From Takakia lepidozioides (lineage: Eukaryota; Plantae; Bryophyta), in assembly GCA_030704615.1 (NCBI GenBank), contig CM060733.1, positions 48,856,001 to 48,920,000 on the forward strand: 64,000 nucleotides of DNA, given 5' to 3'. Of the stretch, positions 50,927 to 62,987 are shown in pieces; the first letter of the stretch is position 1, and each line of letters begins with the position of its first letter. Made by a program: the position numbers and the translations under genes. The notes below the pieces were generated by a model. It was given only the letters and a program-made list of their open reading frames with translations, was not told the DNA's origin and did not search any database.

Positions 50927-53900
50927 ATGATCCCTCCTACTGCCCATCGATTGCAAAGGCGGACACAAGCAGAACATGACGATGACAGATTGTGGAAACT
51001 AGAGGAAGCGCGAGCAAGAAGACTGGGTCTTCGGAAAATTCTATGTCCATGCAATGCCTGTCATGGTGGGAACTGGCAAACCATTGGCCGGGCTAAGCGT
51101 CATCTGCTTTTGAACTTGCGAGATCCTAACTTACGAGAACTCCCGGTGCATATCTCTGGATTCTCTTCCCTTTGCAGATGCATACTTTGAAATTATAAGA
51201 AACAGTTCAAATTCCTGGTAGCGGTATTGTTGTAAGGTGTAGAGTATTGTACATGTCCGTTTTCCTATTGCCACGTGCCTGTACAAATGGCACGTTCCAC
51301 ATCCACTATTGCAAATGAAAAAACTCCCCATCTTATAGTGGATTGACATGTGGCGTCTGATATGTACTAAGCAGGAAAACTCTGGAGACGAACATGAGGG
51401 GTTTAGAACGGAAACCAGCCCTGCAGGTGGTCCTGATACCTTGGATCGTAATCTTGACATGCTTAGAATGCTCCGGGAGACATTCGCAACTATAGATAAT
51501 GGGGTGCAAACTGGTGATGCACATGAGGAACCGGGAGATGGAACACAGGGCCAATGGGACACAGATGGAGTGCCAGAGCAGACTGATGGTGGACTGAAGA
51601 GCGATGGTGATCGTGGTGCAGCGAGTGCCTTACGTTTTGAGCACGAGGCATCCAGGGCTTTATATGTAGGGAGTCGATTGTCTGCTACCTTACTGCTGTT
51701 AAATGCTTGTCAAACCCATGGTGTGTCAAACACCTTTGTCGATGAACTCCTTACATTGTTAGGAAGACAACTGTTGCCAGCAGACAATTGCCTGCCAAAG
51801 TCCCACTATGAGGCAAAACAACTCATAATGGAACTCGGGCTTCATTACGAGAGTATACATGCATGTCCGAAAGGCTGTGTGTTGTTCAGAAGGGAGCTTC
51901 AGAATTTGGAGGTTTGTCCAAAATGTCAGGCACGTCGTTATGTGGTGGGTACGAAGACACCAGTACCTCGTAAGGTCCTTCGACATTTCCCTATCATTCC
52001 AAGGCTGCTTCGAATGTATAAAGCCAAATCCATCTCAGAGTTAATGTCATGGCACTTTAAGAATCGAAGTCTGGATGGCTTGGTTAGGCACCCAGCAGAC
52101 AGCAAGGCTTGGGCCCACATTGACCAAAAATGGCCTGAGTTTGCAGCGGACCCCAGAAATCTGCGATTGGGTCTCGCATGGGATGGTGTCAATCCTTACA
52201 GTGATAAATCAAACAAATGGTCAACTTGGCCTGTCATGTTGGTAAACTATAATCTTCCACCCTGGCTGTGTACTAAGCCATTTTTCACGATGTTGGCTTT
52301 ATTGATTCCTGGACCACAATCTGTGGGAAATGACAATGCAGATGTTTATCTGCAGCCCCTTGTGGATGAGCTAAAATTGTTGTGGGAAGTTGGTGTGGAG
52401 GCATTGGATGGAAGTAGCCTAGTGGGGCAACAGTCATTTCGCATGAGGGCCATCTTGATGTGGTCAATCCACGACTTTCCAGCTTATGGGTTGCTAGCAG
52501 GATGCGCACACGGGGGATACAAGGCTTGCCCAGCTTGCGGCCCTAATGTTGATTCCAGGTACTCGAAGGCATGCAAAAAAGTTTTGTATCTTGGTCATAG
52601 GAGATACTTGCCTGCTGTTCATCCCTATAGGAATAACTCGTCCCACTTTAATGGACATGTGGAACATAGAGCAGCTCCTATGGTGGTCACTGCAAGTGAG
52701 CAATTTGACCGGGCTAAAACCAGAGAGTTGTATCTCGCAATGGGAGGGGCTGAGGGGGGAAAACAGGACCCTTCAAAGGAACATGGCATGAAACGGGTCA
52801 CTGTTTTGAACCAATTGCCATACTGGAAAGACTTACTCATCCGATACACACTGGATGTGATGCATTGTGAAAAAAATTTGTGTGAGAATGTGCTGAGAAC
52901 CATTCTTGGGGAGAAGGACACAGCCACATCTAGGAAGGATATGGAACTCAATGTCATTCGTGAACACTTGTGGTTGAGACCCCATCCCTCTCACCCGAAC
53001 AAGTTGGTGAAGCCTTTGGCCCCATATGTTCTTACTGAAGATGAGAAGGTGTTGTTTTTGGAAACATTGGCTGCAGTAAAGGCCCCCACAGGTTATGCTG
53101 CCACATTCCAGAAACATGTGGCTGACAATAAACTGTCTACAATGAAAACCCATGACTACCATGTAATGATGCAGCAGATTTTACCTCTTTGCATTCGAGG
53201 GGTATTGGGAAAGGGTCCACGGATGGCAATTATGAGGCTTTCTCGAGTCTTCCGAAAAGTGTGTGCAAAGATCATTAATCCAACTGAGCTACCGGCCTTA
53301 AAAGAAGATGTTGCAATCACTATGTGTCTGCTGGAGAAAGAATTCCCTCCGTCATTTTTTGATATCATGACTCACTTGCTTGTACACCTTGTGGACGAAT
53401 TGGAGGTGTGTGGTCCCGTGTCTAGCCGTTGGATGTATCCTATGGAACGGTATATGAAGACATTAAAAGGCTATGTAAGGAATATGAGCCGACCTGAAGG
53501 GAGCATGGCGGAAGGGTATGCTTTGGATGAGGCCCTAGGGTTTCTAAGTGAGTATATGGCTGAATTTCATGCTACAAGCCGAAGGGTGTGGGACTCCAAT
53601 GAAGAAGACTCAGTTAGTGGGGAGGTGGTTCAAGGATTGGGAAGTGTACGAGTCCTCACCATTCAAGAACGAGACAGTGCACACGAGTATATTTTGCACA
53701 ACACAGATTGCATGAAACCATTCCTTGAGTAAGTATGTTGCTTATCATATCCTGTGTGTTTCATTTCTGCCAATGGTATAAGCTGTAATCCTAATTTGCA
53801 ATTCTCATTTGGACACGGCCTATGAAGAGGAGATGGCACTCATAGAAGCATCCCGCACTGAGTTCAGAACAGCATTCCTTTGTGGACAAGACCAAGACCA

Positions 53901-54726
53901 CCACAATGGAGAAATTCCATACCCAACAGATATGCGCTTACTGGCTCCATTCCATGAATGGATTGAAGGTGCTGTCCAACGCAAGGTGAGTTCAGGTGAG
54001 TCCTATGATTTGGACATATGCCATTTATGTATACCACCAGCAGTACATCCTTGGGCTTCAAGTCCATGTATGCTTACGGCAATCACTTTCGAGCAATACG
54101 TGATGGGACTGGCGCCACAGACAGGGTGACATTTGATTCTGGAGTTGCTCAAGTATTCCATCAGGAAAGCGAAAATAGAGCAGGTATGTCCAAACGAGTG
54201 TTATCCCAATTGGAATGTGTGGTGTTGTAACAGAAATAATTCAACTGGATTACGGAATTCTTCACCCAATTCTGTTCTTGTGTAGATGGGTGAGGTCACA
54301 CATGGTGGGCGGAATGCCACCATGAAACGAGATGATTATGGCTTTCTCTTGGTTGACTTCAGTCGCATGTTACCTCGGATGGAGCAGCCCTGGACATTCC
54401 CTAGTCAGGTGGAGCAAGTTTTTTTCTCGGATGAAAAAAGTTCACGAGGGAACTGGAAGGTGGTCCTTCACAAGGACCCTCGATCCCGACGAGTGGTTCA
54501 CGATATTACAGAAGTGGCACTGGGTGAGGGAGACACTTATGTAGGCATGGTGCCTCCTGAAATTCCTTATAACATCATGACTGAGCTTGCTGTTTGTGTT
54601 CCTTTGAGTGAGGCAGATGAATTGGCCATTGCCAACTTGAATGCACTTGCAAGGCAGAGGCAAAATGGTAGAAGGCGGAGGCAAGCTCCACATGGGAGGT
54701 ACCAGGCCAGTTGTGCTATGGTCTAG
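50927..54726 (+). CDS. CACTA TnpD/Tnp2 transposase (probable introns ~51146-51374 and from ~53730; frameshifts in the last part)
   Basis: LCPCNAC; IHACPKGCVLF..CPKC; HPADSKAW; LGLAWDGVNPY; IHDFPAYG; LDVMHCEKN; KTHDYH; FFDIMTHLLVHL; RWMYPMER; PEGSMAEGY. Confidence 0.93.
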
Positions 54727-55149
54727 AGTTGGTTTCTACTATTGCATGTATTTTTCCAGGGTTTAGACTTGATACAACATGGTACCTTGCATGGGTGGGA
54801 GTGACTGAGCTGTTGGGGTGGGCAAAATTCTGACAAACACACTTTCATTTGTGACAGTGAACCCTAAACAGTCATGGAGTTGTGGCCTGCATACTTTTCT
54901 GACCCTAGTCAATGGTGGGCCAATTGTGGCAAAAAGGTGAATTCATGTTGGATTATAGAGAGTAGCAGATGCAATTGAGCATAGGAACTAGTGTGAGAAG
55001 TTGAGTTGGGTGTTTCCTAGAACAAATGTAGGCTGTTATTGTCAGTTGCTACCAGCAAGGCAAAGATGTATGCATGATTTGTGAGAGGCATGGATAGCTG
55101 AAGGAGCAGGGATAGAGTGTGGGCCCAGATTCATCCAAGAGGGCCACAT

Positions 55150-56750
55150 TTTTGGAATTGTACCTGAGTGATTTGAACAATGCCCTCGTGGATATGTATG
55201 CCAAATGTGGGAGCATCAAGGGCAAGCCTGCCAGCTCTGGAAAAGGTTCTGATCAGGTCCATGGTTTCATTGTCAAAGCTGGAATTGTACCTGATTGTGA
55301 TTGTGGACAATGCCCTCGTGGACAAGTATGCCAAATGTGCGAGCATCAAGGGCAAGCTTGGCAGCTCTGGAAAGGAGGGAGAGGTCCATGGTTTCATTGT
55401 CAAAGCTGGAATTATACCTGATTGATTCGAGACAATGCCCTCGTGGACATGTATGCCAAATGTTTCAGCATGAAGGGCAAGCCTGGGAGCTCTGGAAAAG
55501 GGAAGATCGGGTCCATGGTTTCATTGTCAAAGCTGGAATTGTACCTGATGTGATTCTGGACAATGCCCTCGTGGACATGTATGCCAAAGTGTTAGCATGA
55601 AGGGCAAGCCTGGCAGCTCTGGAAAAGGGAAGATTAGGTCCATGCTTAGGGATACCAAATGTGGGAGCATCAAGGCAAGCTTGCCAGCTCTGGAAAAGGA
55701 AGATCAAGTCCGTGGTTTCATTGTCTAAGCTGGAATTGTACCTGATTGTGATTCTGGACAATGCCTTGTGGACATGTATGCCAAATGTGGGAGCATGAAG
55801 GGCAAGCCTGCCAGCTCTGGGAGAAAGGAAGATCAGGTCTATGGTTCATTGTCAAAGCTTGCATTGTAGGTGATTGTGATTCTGGACAATGCCCTCGTGG
55901 ACATGTATGCCAAATGTGGGAGCATGAAGGCAAGCCTGCCAGCTCTGGGAAAGGGAAGATCAGGTCTATGGTTTCATTGTCAAAGCTTGCATTGTACGTG
56001 ATTGTGATTCTGGACAATGGCCTCGTGGACATGTATGCCAAACGTGGGAGCATCAAGGGCAAGCCTGCCAGCTCTGGAAAATGGAAGATCAGGTCTATGG
56101 TTTCATTGTCAAAGCTTGCATTGTACGTGATTGTGATTTTGGACAATGCCCTCAGTGGACATGTATGCCAAACATGGGAGCATCAATGGCAAGCCTGCCA
56201 GCTCTGGAAAAGTTCGATCAGGTCCATGGTTTCATTGTCAAAGCTAGAATTGTACCTGACTGTGATTCTGGACAATGCCCTCGGGAAATGTATGCCAATC
56301 GTGGACATGTATGCCAAATGTGGGAGCATCAAGGCAAGCCTGGCAGCTCTGGAAAAGGGAGAGGTCCATGGTTTCATTGTCAAAGCTGGAATTATACCTG
56401 ATGTGATTCTGGACAATGCCCTCGTGGACATGTATGCCAAATGTGTCAGCATGAAGGGCAAGCCTGGCAGCTCTGGAAAAGGAAGAGGTCCATGGTTTCA
56501 TTGGTCAAAGCTGGAATTGTACCTGATGTGATTCTGGAACAATGCCCTCGTGGACATGTACGCCAAATGTGGAGCATCAAGGGCAAGCTTGCCAGCTCTG
56601 GAAAAGGTTCCGATCAGGTCCATGGTTTCATTGTTGAAGCTGGAATTGTACCTGATGTGATTCTGGACAGTGCCCTCGTGGACTTGTATGCCAAATGTGG
56701 GAGCATCAAGATGCGAAGGGCAATTTTCCAACACATGGCTCTTGGATGAT
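55150..56750 (+). repeat. PPR-derived minisatellite, ~13 copies of a ~125 bp unit, inside the CACTA element
   Basis: GGACAATGCCCTCGTGGACATGTATGCCAAATGTGGGAGCATCAAG..GCTCTGGAAAAGG..GTCCATGGTTTCATTGTCAAAGCTGGAATTGTACCTGA repeated; translates to NALVDMYAKCGSIK-ASLAALEKG..VHGFIVKAGIVPDVILD. Confidence 0.9.
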
Positions 56751-57617
56751 TTTGACATGTACGAACTGGTTTCAAGTTGACTGGACGAATGGGATGACAT
56801 TTTTGGTGCTCACAAATCTTGAGACGAATGAGGTAGTTTTATCTATAGCTTCTCAAAGCAATGTTGTACATTGTTGATTATAGTGTGACATTTCTCATAC
56901 GATATGTCGTAGCTGCAATGAGCAGTGCATCTTTGGATTCTGGTTCCCGAAGGGATTATATGTGACAGGACAGAGGGCAAGTTATAGCCCTAGTGCAGGC
57001 AGTGTCAATATTGAAGAGAATTCTATGCCTTTCGGTTTGCGATCTCCTTCTCATTTGCTACTGAGGTTGTCTATTTTGAGAGCTTTGATGTTTGGATGAA
57101 AATGCATTTTGGCATCACTGAAATGGATGGCCTGCACTGGTGGGCATTCAGATTCTAAACGAGCCGCAAAGAAAAACTACAAAGTCCCATAGCCCTCTAC
57201 ATGCAGACCCCATAAACCCTAGTAACATTTTTGAATTGTAAATTCTCTAAACAAAAGTCATGTGTTTATGTCGTCCAAGGCATGTGAATAGAGGTGGAAG
57301 TCATTTATCCACTATCTTCCACCTGGATGGTCAATGTGCCACGCCATAGTTGCCCCAAATTCCTGTAGGAATCTCACACTAACCTCACACTCCATGACTC
57401 ATTCACACTCATGTCAAATGCCCATATGCATTATCTTGGTCAACACCCGTTGACCGTATGGGTGTCAGTCGAGTGTGAAATTTGTAACACATGTGGGTTT
57501 TCTACAATGGTCCAGATCACACCTTGCCTCCTCTCACATGGGTGTAAGAGGAGCTGTTCAAAGTGCCAGGGTGTGAACTATGGGTGTGTTGGAAAACCCG
57601 GTTTTGTTAGTAGAGTG

Positions 57618-59710
57618 ATGTTTCCCTTTCAAGAACTCGTGTAGGGTCCTGCATTGCTATAATGACCTCACAATGTCCTCTGTTGTGGCAGTGAGGATGT
57701 CCACCAGATGCGCCGCAGAGGAGGCACGCTAGGAAGAGTGCACTGATTCGGCATGTTTGTCGTGGGCAGTCGGTGTTGGAGTCGAGACACATTTCCTGCA
57801 CAAGCACATGTTGAGGTTACAAGAAGGTACAAATATGGCCAAGAATAATATTCAACGGGACGGCGAATTCGTTGCACTCACCTCCCGCATATAGTCGCCG
57901 AACTGGAGGGAACCCACGATAATGCAACATGCTAGCCACCTGACATAGCTCCCTCGTCTGATTTCCTTACAGCACCTGACGATTGTCCACCCAGCCCCGT
58001 ATACATGCAAACTGTGTCTCTGATCATCTAGGTGGGAGCACGCTTCCACGAAGGCACATGGGAACGGTGCTCCTCTTTGAAATCTGGCGCCACGAGCCAT
58101 GGTTGTGACTGCGAAAGGCTCTGCAGAAAAATGGAACCCACAAGATCTCTCTGCCTTCCATGGGAACATTGGGGTCTTGCCCGTACCCCTTCGGATGGCA
58201 GCCCAATTTGCTTGTGCGTGTCCGCCATGAAACCACGGAAATGGGAGGGGGCAATCCCGCTGGTTATCTATTTGTTTATTCCCTGCCAAAGAAGAACGCA
58301 TCCGATTGTGTGTCCTCCTCCTTTCATCTCACAAATAGCAATTGTCATTAGCATCCTGCAGGGTGGTGTCGTAGACATGTGCACCCATTGTCACCCACTG
58401 GTGATTTGTAATTCGATTGATATGGTCGAACATGAACCAATGTTTGAAAGTCCCCCATACATCCTGTCGACCAGTTCAACGCCGCTGCCAGGTCCACACG
58501 TGGACATTTTGAATACGAACAACGATCTGCCTCAGTCCCTTGTCTGGAAACCTACTTCATGAAGTAGTCATATCCACATCGTCGCTTCACTCCAGAATGG
58601 AGTGCATATCCGAAGCCACGCCCACTTCGTTTGCATGAGACAATGTGGTTTCGGACATTCGGTGAACATACGTGGGACACGACTCCAGCAATGCCTCCAT
58701 TTCCTTCTCATCGAGAGGAACTCTATCGAGCCGTCTTCCGACATAATTTGGCCAATGCCATCTTATGCGCGCTTGGGCTGTATTGATTGGGTTGGCACCG
58801 GTCTCAACAAACCTCTTCCTGACAGCTGCTTTGCATCGTGGGCAGCCTCCACGAGTTCCCCCTCGCCAATTTGTGACAATGGGGAACCAACGTGTATTGC
58901 AAGCCGGGGAGGTCAGGGAAACAATGCAACAAATAGACACTACTTGGCATTACAAACAGCCATGCAGGTGGTGGTTCTTTGCAATGCGCACACTTAAATG
59001 TGGAGTTCGGAACCTTCTCCTGAGTTCGAAATGGTTGATGAGCTGTGTGATGTCCAATCGGTCTCGTTCCTGTGACCTCTGGATTTAAAGTGGAAGAAGT
59101 TGGGGAGAAACTACCGCAACGCGCCCGCACAAACAACGTAGCGCACCCGCCCACACAATCGAGTCTTCATGCTGGTGGTTTTGGTAACGCAACCAAGGGG
59201 GACCCCCCGTATGTTTTTCTATCCATATCTGTCAACATTCCGGACTGCCCTCGAGTAGGTCCGCCCGCAGGGGGAACTCAAAGAAGATATTAACGTCGAC
59301 GTCGGCGGGAAGGCATGTAACCAATTTAATTGCGAACTTGCTGTAGTCCAGCCCGGCAACTGACGATCGTGTCCCTCCAGGTGAAGCCCTCGCAGAATTT
59401 CAAGAATAGATCGAACTGCGGTGCTCGTGCTGGAATATGACTTCCATGACCTCATCTGAGTCGGACGGTTGTGGAACAACCGGTTCTCGCTCGTTCTTCA
59501 TGGATGGGGTTCGGCCCTGGATTTACTTCGTTGCGGACTTCTCTCTTTGAGGTAGCCCTCTCTGATTCGCGGATTGTTTCGTGGAAGGCGCCAGGATAGA
59601 AGGTGCAGTGGCGGGCAACTGAAGTCCCAAACAGCCTTGTATATGACGTTGTCCGATGGGCTGGTGGAACTCGCCATTCCCTGCCATCGCCGAAATCATC
59701 GTGGAGCACA
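57618..59710 (-). pseudogene. 5' half of the second GCM-MULE transposase (heavily frameshifted)
   Basis: Fragments DGREWR, FKCAHCKEPP, FRGFMAD/AQANWAAIRR, ERSCGFHF, AESVHSS, ATTEDIVRSL, HEFLKGKH match the first MULE copy in order. Confidence 0.72.
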
Positions 59711-60199
59711 CCAATACTCTCGACAACTAAGGCCGTTTGAGTCCTTCCTTTCCTCCTCCAAAAAACCGACCACGGTTCAGGGGTGGTATCGAACGCACAG
59801 ATATTTCTCCATCACCCGGCAGATGTCCCCTCTGCACGGAAATGAAGCTCTATGCTCGTGAGGAGGGCAGGACACGGTAGCGCTCGGTTTCCGCCATGGG
59901 AGATGTGCACACAAGACTGCCAGGATGGCGTGCGGGGAAGCTCCCCTGGTAGAAGGGGATGCAGCGATGGGAAGGAATGCGGTGCCGATTGTCCGAGCGA
60001 CGAAGCATGATCCAAATCCAGGGAGCCAACTATCTCAAAAATCCACAGTCGGTGTTAAAGGAACTTGTCTCCGGAATGCGGCCCTGGTCTTGGCGCAATA
60101 ACTGCCAACGGTATGCAGTCAGAAAGTGGGGGGCCGTCCGGATGATTCGGCTGAAGGGGAGATTGGAGTTCTTGTTTGGCTAGAGCAGGATGGAGTCTG

Positions 60200-62330
60200 G
60201 GCCTGAATCCAGTAGAAGTGTACTTTCGTGTGAACTCAAGGGGGCTTCTGGGGGACACCTGTGGGAGGAAGGGACCCCTTGTGGATCCCAGAAGACAGAG
60301 GCCATTACCACCTTCCACCACCAGTGAATGTTAAAAGTCTAAGGAGATTCCTTGGGGCAAACCAGTTATTACAGAAGATTTGTCAAAAGGTATTGCACAA
60401 ATAGCAGCACCATTGAGCAAACTACTGAAGAAAGATGCAGTGTTTGCCTGGACAACTGAATGTCAACAGGCGTTTGAGGAACTTACATTGTCAGTAACAA
60501 CTACACCTGTGCTGATTAACCCTCACTGGCATGTAGTATTTCATGTTCACTGTGATGCATCAGGAGAAGCATTGGGAGCGGTGTTAGCCCAGAATGTTAC
60601 AGGAAATATAGATTCACCTATGTACTATGCTAGCAGGTTGATGAACAGTGCTGAAAGGAACTATGGCACGACGGAAAGAGAAGCATTGGCAATGATCTAT
60701 GCAGTGAAGAAATTCAGGCATTACCTGTTGGGCAAGAAGTTTATGTTCTATGTGGATCACCAGGCTCTGATATACCTGGTAAACAAACCTCTGATAAGCG
60801 GAAAAATAGCAAGATGGTTGATAATCTTGCACGAGTTTGAGTTCGAGGTTGTTTACAAGCCTGGGAGACTACATCTTGTGGCGGATCACTTGTCACGGTT
60901 ATCAACAGGAGAACCAGCCACAGGAATAGATGATCAATTACCAGATGCGAGTCTCTTTGCAGTGGAGGTGCAGGGAAGTGCAGATGACTGGTTAGATTGG
61001 TAGTGGCCAATCAGATACTACCTTGCTCATGGTCAGTGCCCACCTAGTTATGGTAAGGAGCAGAGGAAGAGAATCGCTATCAAAGCTTTACCTTATACTA
61101 TGGTAGGAAGCAGAATGTATAAGCTAGGACCTGATGGAGTACTAAAACGATGCTTGTACCACCATGAAGTAAATAAAGTTTTGGCGGAAGTTCATAAAGG
61201 AGTGGCTGGAGGTCATTTTGGAGAAGAGACTACCAGTAGGAAAATACTACTCGCAGGTTACTGGTGGCCTATTTTGTTCAAAGATGTACACAAGTATTGT
61301 CAGAAGTGTGATGAATGTCAGAGGCTAGGACCTTTGCAGAGATCTGGAAGGATGGCCTTGCATCCTACAATGCCTACGGAACCATTTCAGAAATGGGGAC
61401 TAGACTTTGTTGGACCGATAAACCCACCAGCCAAGAATACACGGAACAGGTACATAATTATAGCCACTGATTATACTACGAAGTGGGTGGAAGCTAAAGC
61501 TTTGAGGGACAACACAGCCAAGTCCACAGCAAGGTTCCTGTACGAGAACATACTTACACGATTTGGCTGTCCCTTAGAATTTATCAGTGATCAGGGAAGT
61601 CACTTCATGAATGAGACCATTGAGTTGTTGACTAAAGAGTTCATGATTGTACATAGAAAGAGTACAACATATTACCCACAGGGTAATGGGCAGGCAGAGG
61701 CTACCAACAAAATACTATGTACTATCTTGGCTAAGATAGTCAATGCAAACAGAACGGATTGGGATACAAAGCTGCTGACAGCTTTGTGGTCATACAGGAC
61801 TTCTATAAAGTCACCACTAAGTATACACCATTCCAATTAGTTTATGGTATGGAAGCCTTACTTCCAGTGGAATTCCTGTTACCTACCATGAGAACGGAGT
61901 GGGGAAAAAGAATGGAATTGCAAGATTCCATTAAGGTCAGGAAACATGAATTATACCATGTGGAAGAAGTACGTGCTGATGCAGCTGATAATATGACCAG
62001 AATTCAGATGAAGAGGAAGGAACAGTTTGATGAAGGCAAGTTAAAAACTTTTAAGACGGGAGATTTGGTTTTATGGTTGCAGAAAAAGGGAAAGATTAAA
62101 GCTTCTAAGCTTAAATCACCATGGAAAGGACCTTATGTCATACAAAAGATGTATGATAACAACACCGCCATGTTACAAACCATTAACAAAGAAATGCTGG
62201 GAAGAGTCAATGCCAATAAGTTGAAGGGGTACAGTGGTATCCATGACAAACCATTGCAGCATGATTTGCATGTTGAAACGCAAGAGCAGTCACGGGCTGC
62301 ACCAGTGTTACGAACGGAGTATGGAGCACT
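60200..62330 (+). pseudogene. Ty3/Gypsy pol fragment (RT end, RNase H, integrase with GPY motif), a different family from the DNMT element
   Basis: YYRRFV; FHVHCDAS; ERNYGTTEREALA; VADHLSR; GHFG..YWW..CDEC; WGLDFVGP; ISDQGSHF; GNGQAE; WKGPY. Confidence 0.93.
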
Positions 62331-62371
62331 TGTTGCTAGGCCGAGCATATATGACCAGGGCGGGCAAAACA

Positions 62372-62778
62372 AGCGTGACACAGCCTATCACAGCCCATCA
62401 CGACGTGACACAGCCTATCACAGCCAATCACGACGTGACACAGCCTATCACAGCCAATCACAACGTGACACAGCCAATCACAGCTCATCACGACGTGACA
62501 CAGCCTATCACAGCCCATCAAGGCAAAGCACAGCCTATCACAGCCCATCACGACGTGACACAGCCTATCACAGCTTACCACAACGTGTCACAGCCTATCA
62601 CAGCTTACCACAGTGCATCACAGCCTGTCATAGCGTATCACAGTATGACACAGCCTGTCACAGCTAAACACAGCCTGTCATAGCGTATCACAGTATGACA
62701 CAGCCTGTCACAGCTAAACACAGCCTGTCATAGCGTATCACAGTATGACACAGCCTGTCACAGCTCAACACAGCCTAC
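62372..62778 (+). repeat. 30-bp minisatellite (CGTGACACAGCCTATCACAGCCCATCACGA) grading into a ~50-bp variant
   Basis: Translated as repeated RDTAYHSPSR at the end of ORF 61759-62667. Confidence 0.9.
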
Positions 62779-62987
62779 TAGGGTTACACGATCCATAGAA
62801 TCAATGACAGGTGGACGCATAATAACTTCAGGAAAATGGCTGACGGAAGAAAAAACGGAAACTAGTTTAAAAATAGACACGTGGAAGGCAGGGCGCGACA
62901 CACAGCTGAGAAGGAAGTGCAAGAACAGGTGTCATAAAGAAAGAGGACAAGACCGGCCATCAAAAGGGATGAAAGGCGGGCCCATTA

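Larger units (their letters stand above)
41258..57617. mobile_element. CACTA (En/Spm) DNA transposon, ~16.4 kb, with nested LINEs and captured sequence
   Basis: Left end CACTAATACAGAAACCGG; degenerate right end CCGGTTTTGTTAGTAGAGTG; TCACAC/GTGTGA subterminal repeats at ~41290-41420 and ~57370-57580; flanks rejoin one MULE reading frame; TSD imperfect. Confidence 0.8.

Noticed and set aside
54985-54995. ACTAGTG as the right CACTA terminus
   Set aside because: It is part of the PPR-leader homology to ~9765-9780 and lacks subterminal repeats; 57617 fits better
57618-59710. DIRS/tyrosine-recombinase element or Ulp1 protease
   Set aside because: The fragments align in order with the GCM-MULE transposase instead
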